A stretch of DNA of 61,664 nt, the filler included, from Choristocarpus tenellus KU-1152 (lineage: Eukaryota > Protista > Phaeophyceae), in NCBI GenBank assembly GCA_964200185.2. It is 9 parts of 9 records of this genome, joined end to end, with 100 filler letters (N's around TTAATTAATTAA, not from the genome) between each part and the next. Parts side by side here need not be neighbours in the genome. Positions count along the whole stretch, not along the records: positions 55,628 to 61,664 come from CAXNAD020009101.1; 8 more parts are not named here. One strand, 5' to 3'. Made by a program: the position numbers and the translations under genes. The first letter of the stretch is position 1, and each line of letters opens with the position of its first letter. Below are positions 60,960 through 61,664 of this stretch, piece after piece. The notes below the pieces were generated by a model. The model was not told the DNA's origin. It searched no databases and saw only the letters and a program-made list of their open reading frames with translations.

Positions 60960-61664
60960 AGCGGGAATCAACCTAGCCCCGAACCCCAGTGGTTTTGTCA
61001 CTCTAGGGGCTCCAGTAGGAATAGATTACTTCATTCGAGCTCACATGGCGGAGGTGATAGAGAGCTCTAGGACACAAGCTTTGGACACACATCTCAGCGT
61101 GATGGAGGACAAGCAAGTGGCCTGGCTCCTCAACTCCTGGTCCCTCTCCTCCGGGCTAGGCTATCTAGTGAGGGTCACTTCCCCCCTCCTGGCACGCTCC
61201 ACCGTGGAGCAAGCAGATAATACCTCCTTATGGACACTAGAGAGGATAATGGAGATAGCCGACTCGACAGAGGCGACAGATTTCTTCGAAGGAGGGTGCA
61301 ACAATTGGGTCTCTCCACCTAGAGACCCACCAACAAGTGCAGGGGTTTGGGTCTCTCCTCTATGAAACACCTCCAACATGCGGCTTTCGTAGGATCACTG
61401 GTGGCTACTCTCCCCACCCTCCTAGGAAGGCAGCAAGGGCCTCATGGCGAGTACATTTCACAAGCTGTTTGCACGAGCATTACAATACAGGCCTTAGGAT
61501 TGTCCATCCACACCCTCCTTTCTACAGGTGTCCCCTCAGAAGACCTTGCGGAAACCATTGGCCAAGACTGGGTAACCTGGGGGGAAACAACACCCCCTGT
61601 ACCTGCTCCAGAGGTACATATCCTAGCTGCCCATGACGCCAGGATCACAAGGAGGACTCAACAC
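60960..61664 (+). pseudogene. Non-LTR retrotransposon (CRE-like) post-RT fragment
   Basis: WLL..SL..GLGYLVRV..P..ADN..LWTLE and, after a frameshift, GLGLSSMKHLQHAAFVGSLVATLP, resembling the YL.R / GGLGL..AA..GS region of site-specific non-LTR RTs. Confidence 0.55.

Overview
Eukaryotic nuclear DNA, not prokaryotic: spliced genes, dense transposon debris, no operons, rRNA or CRISPR. Motif style suggests a stramenopile, probably a brown alga (inference only). The window is nine contigs joined by eight artificial 100-bp linkers (N44-TTAATTAATTAA-N44), so adjacency across linkers is unproven. Host genes I can support: a small secreted cationic Cys-rich protein (1942-2337); a five-exon, ~752-aa coiled-coil gene with a HAP1/TRAK-like CC1-box segment (21879-27923); the terminal exon of a ZSWIM2-like RING ligase (41155-42231, minus); and two exons of a hydroxylysine-kinase/APH-family gene (49070-51558). 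The rest is mostly mobile DNA. About 36 full or partial MITE copies fall into five families (my labels A-E) with related G-starting TIRs; TSDs are 4 bp (Sola2-like) except 3 bp in family B. There is also a gag-only, pol-less Copia-type LTR family (two copies, non-canonical PBS, 3' repeat array), a decayed DD39D mariner with Stowaway-type TIRs, Gypsy and CRE-like relics, tRNA-derived SINE heads, foldbacks and minisatellites. All family assignments are by eye or from memory of motifs; no searches were run.
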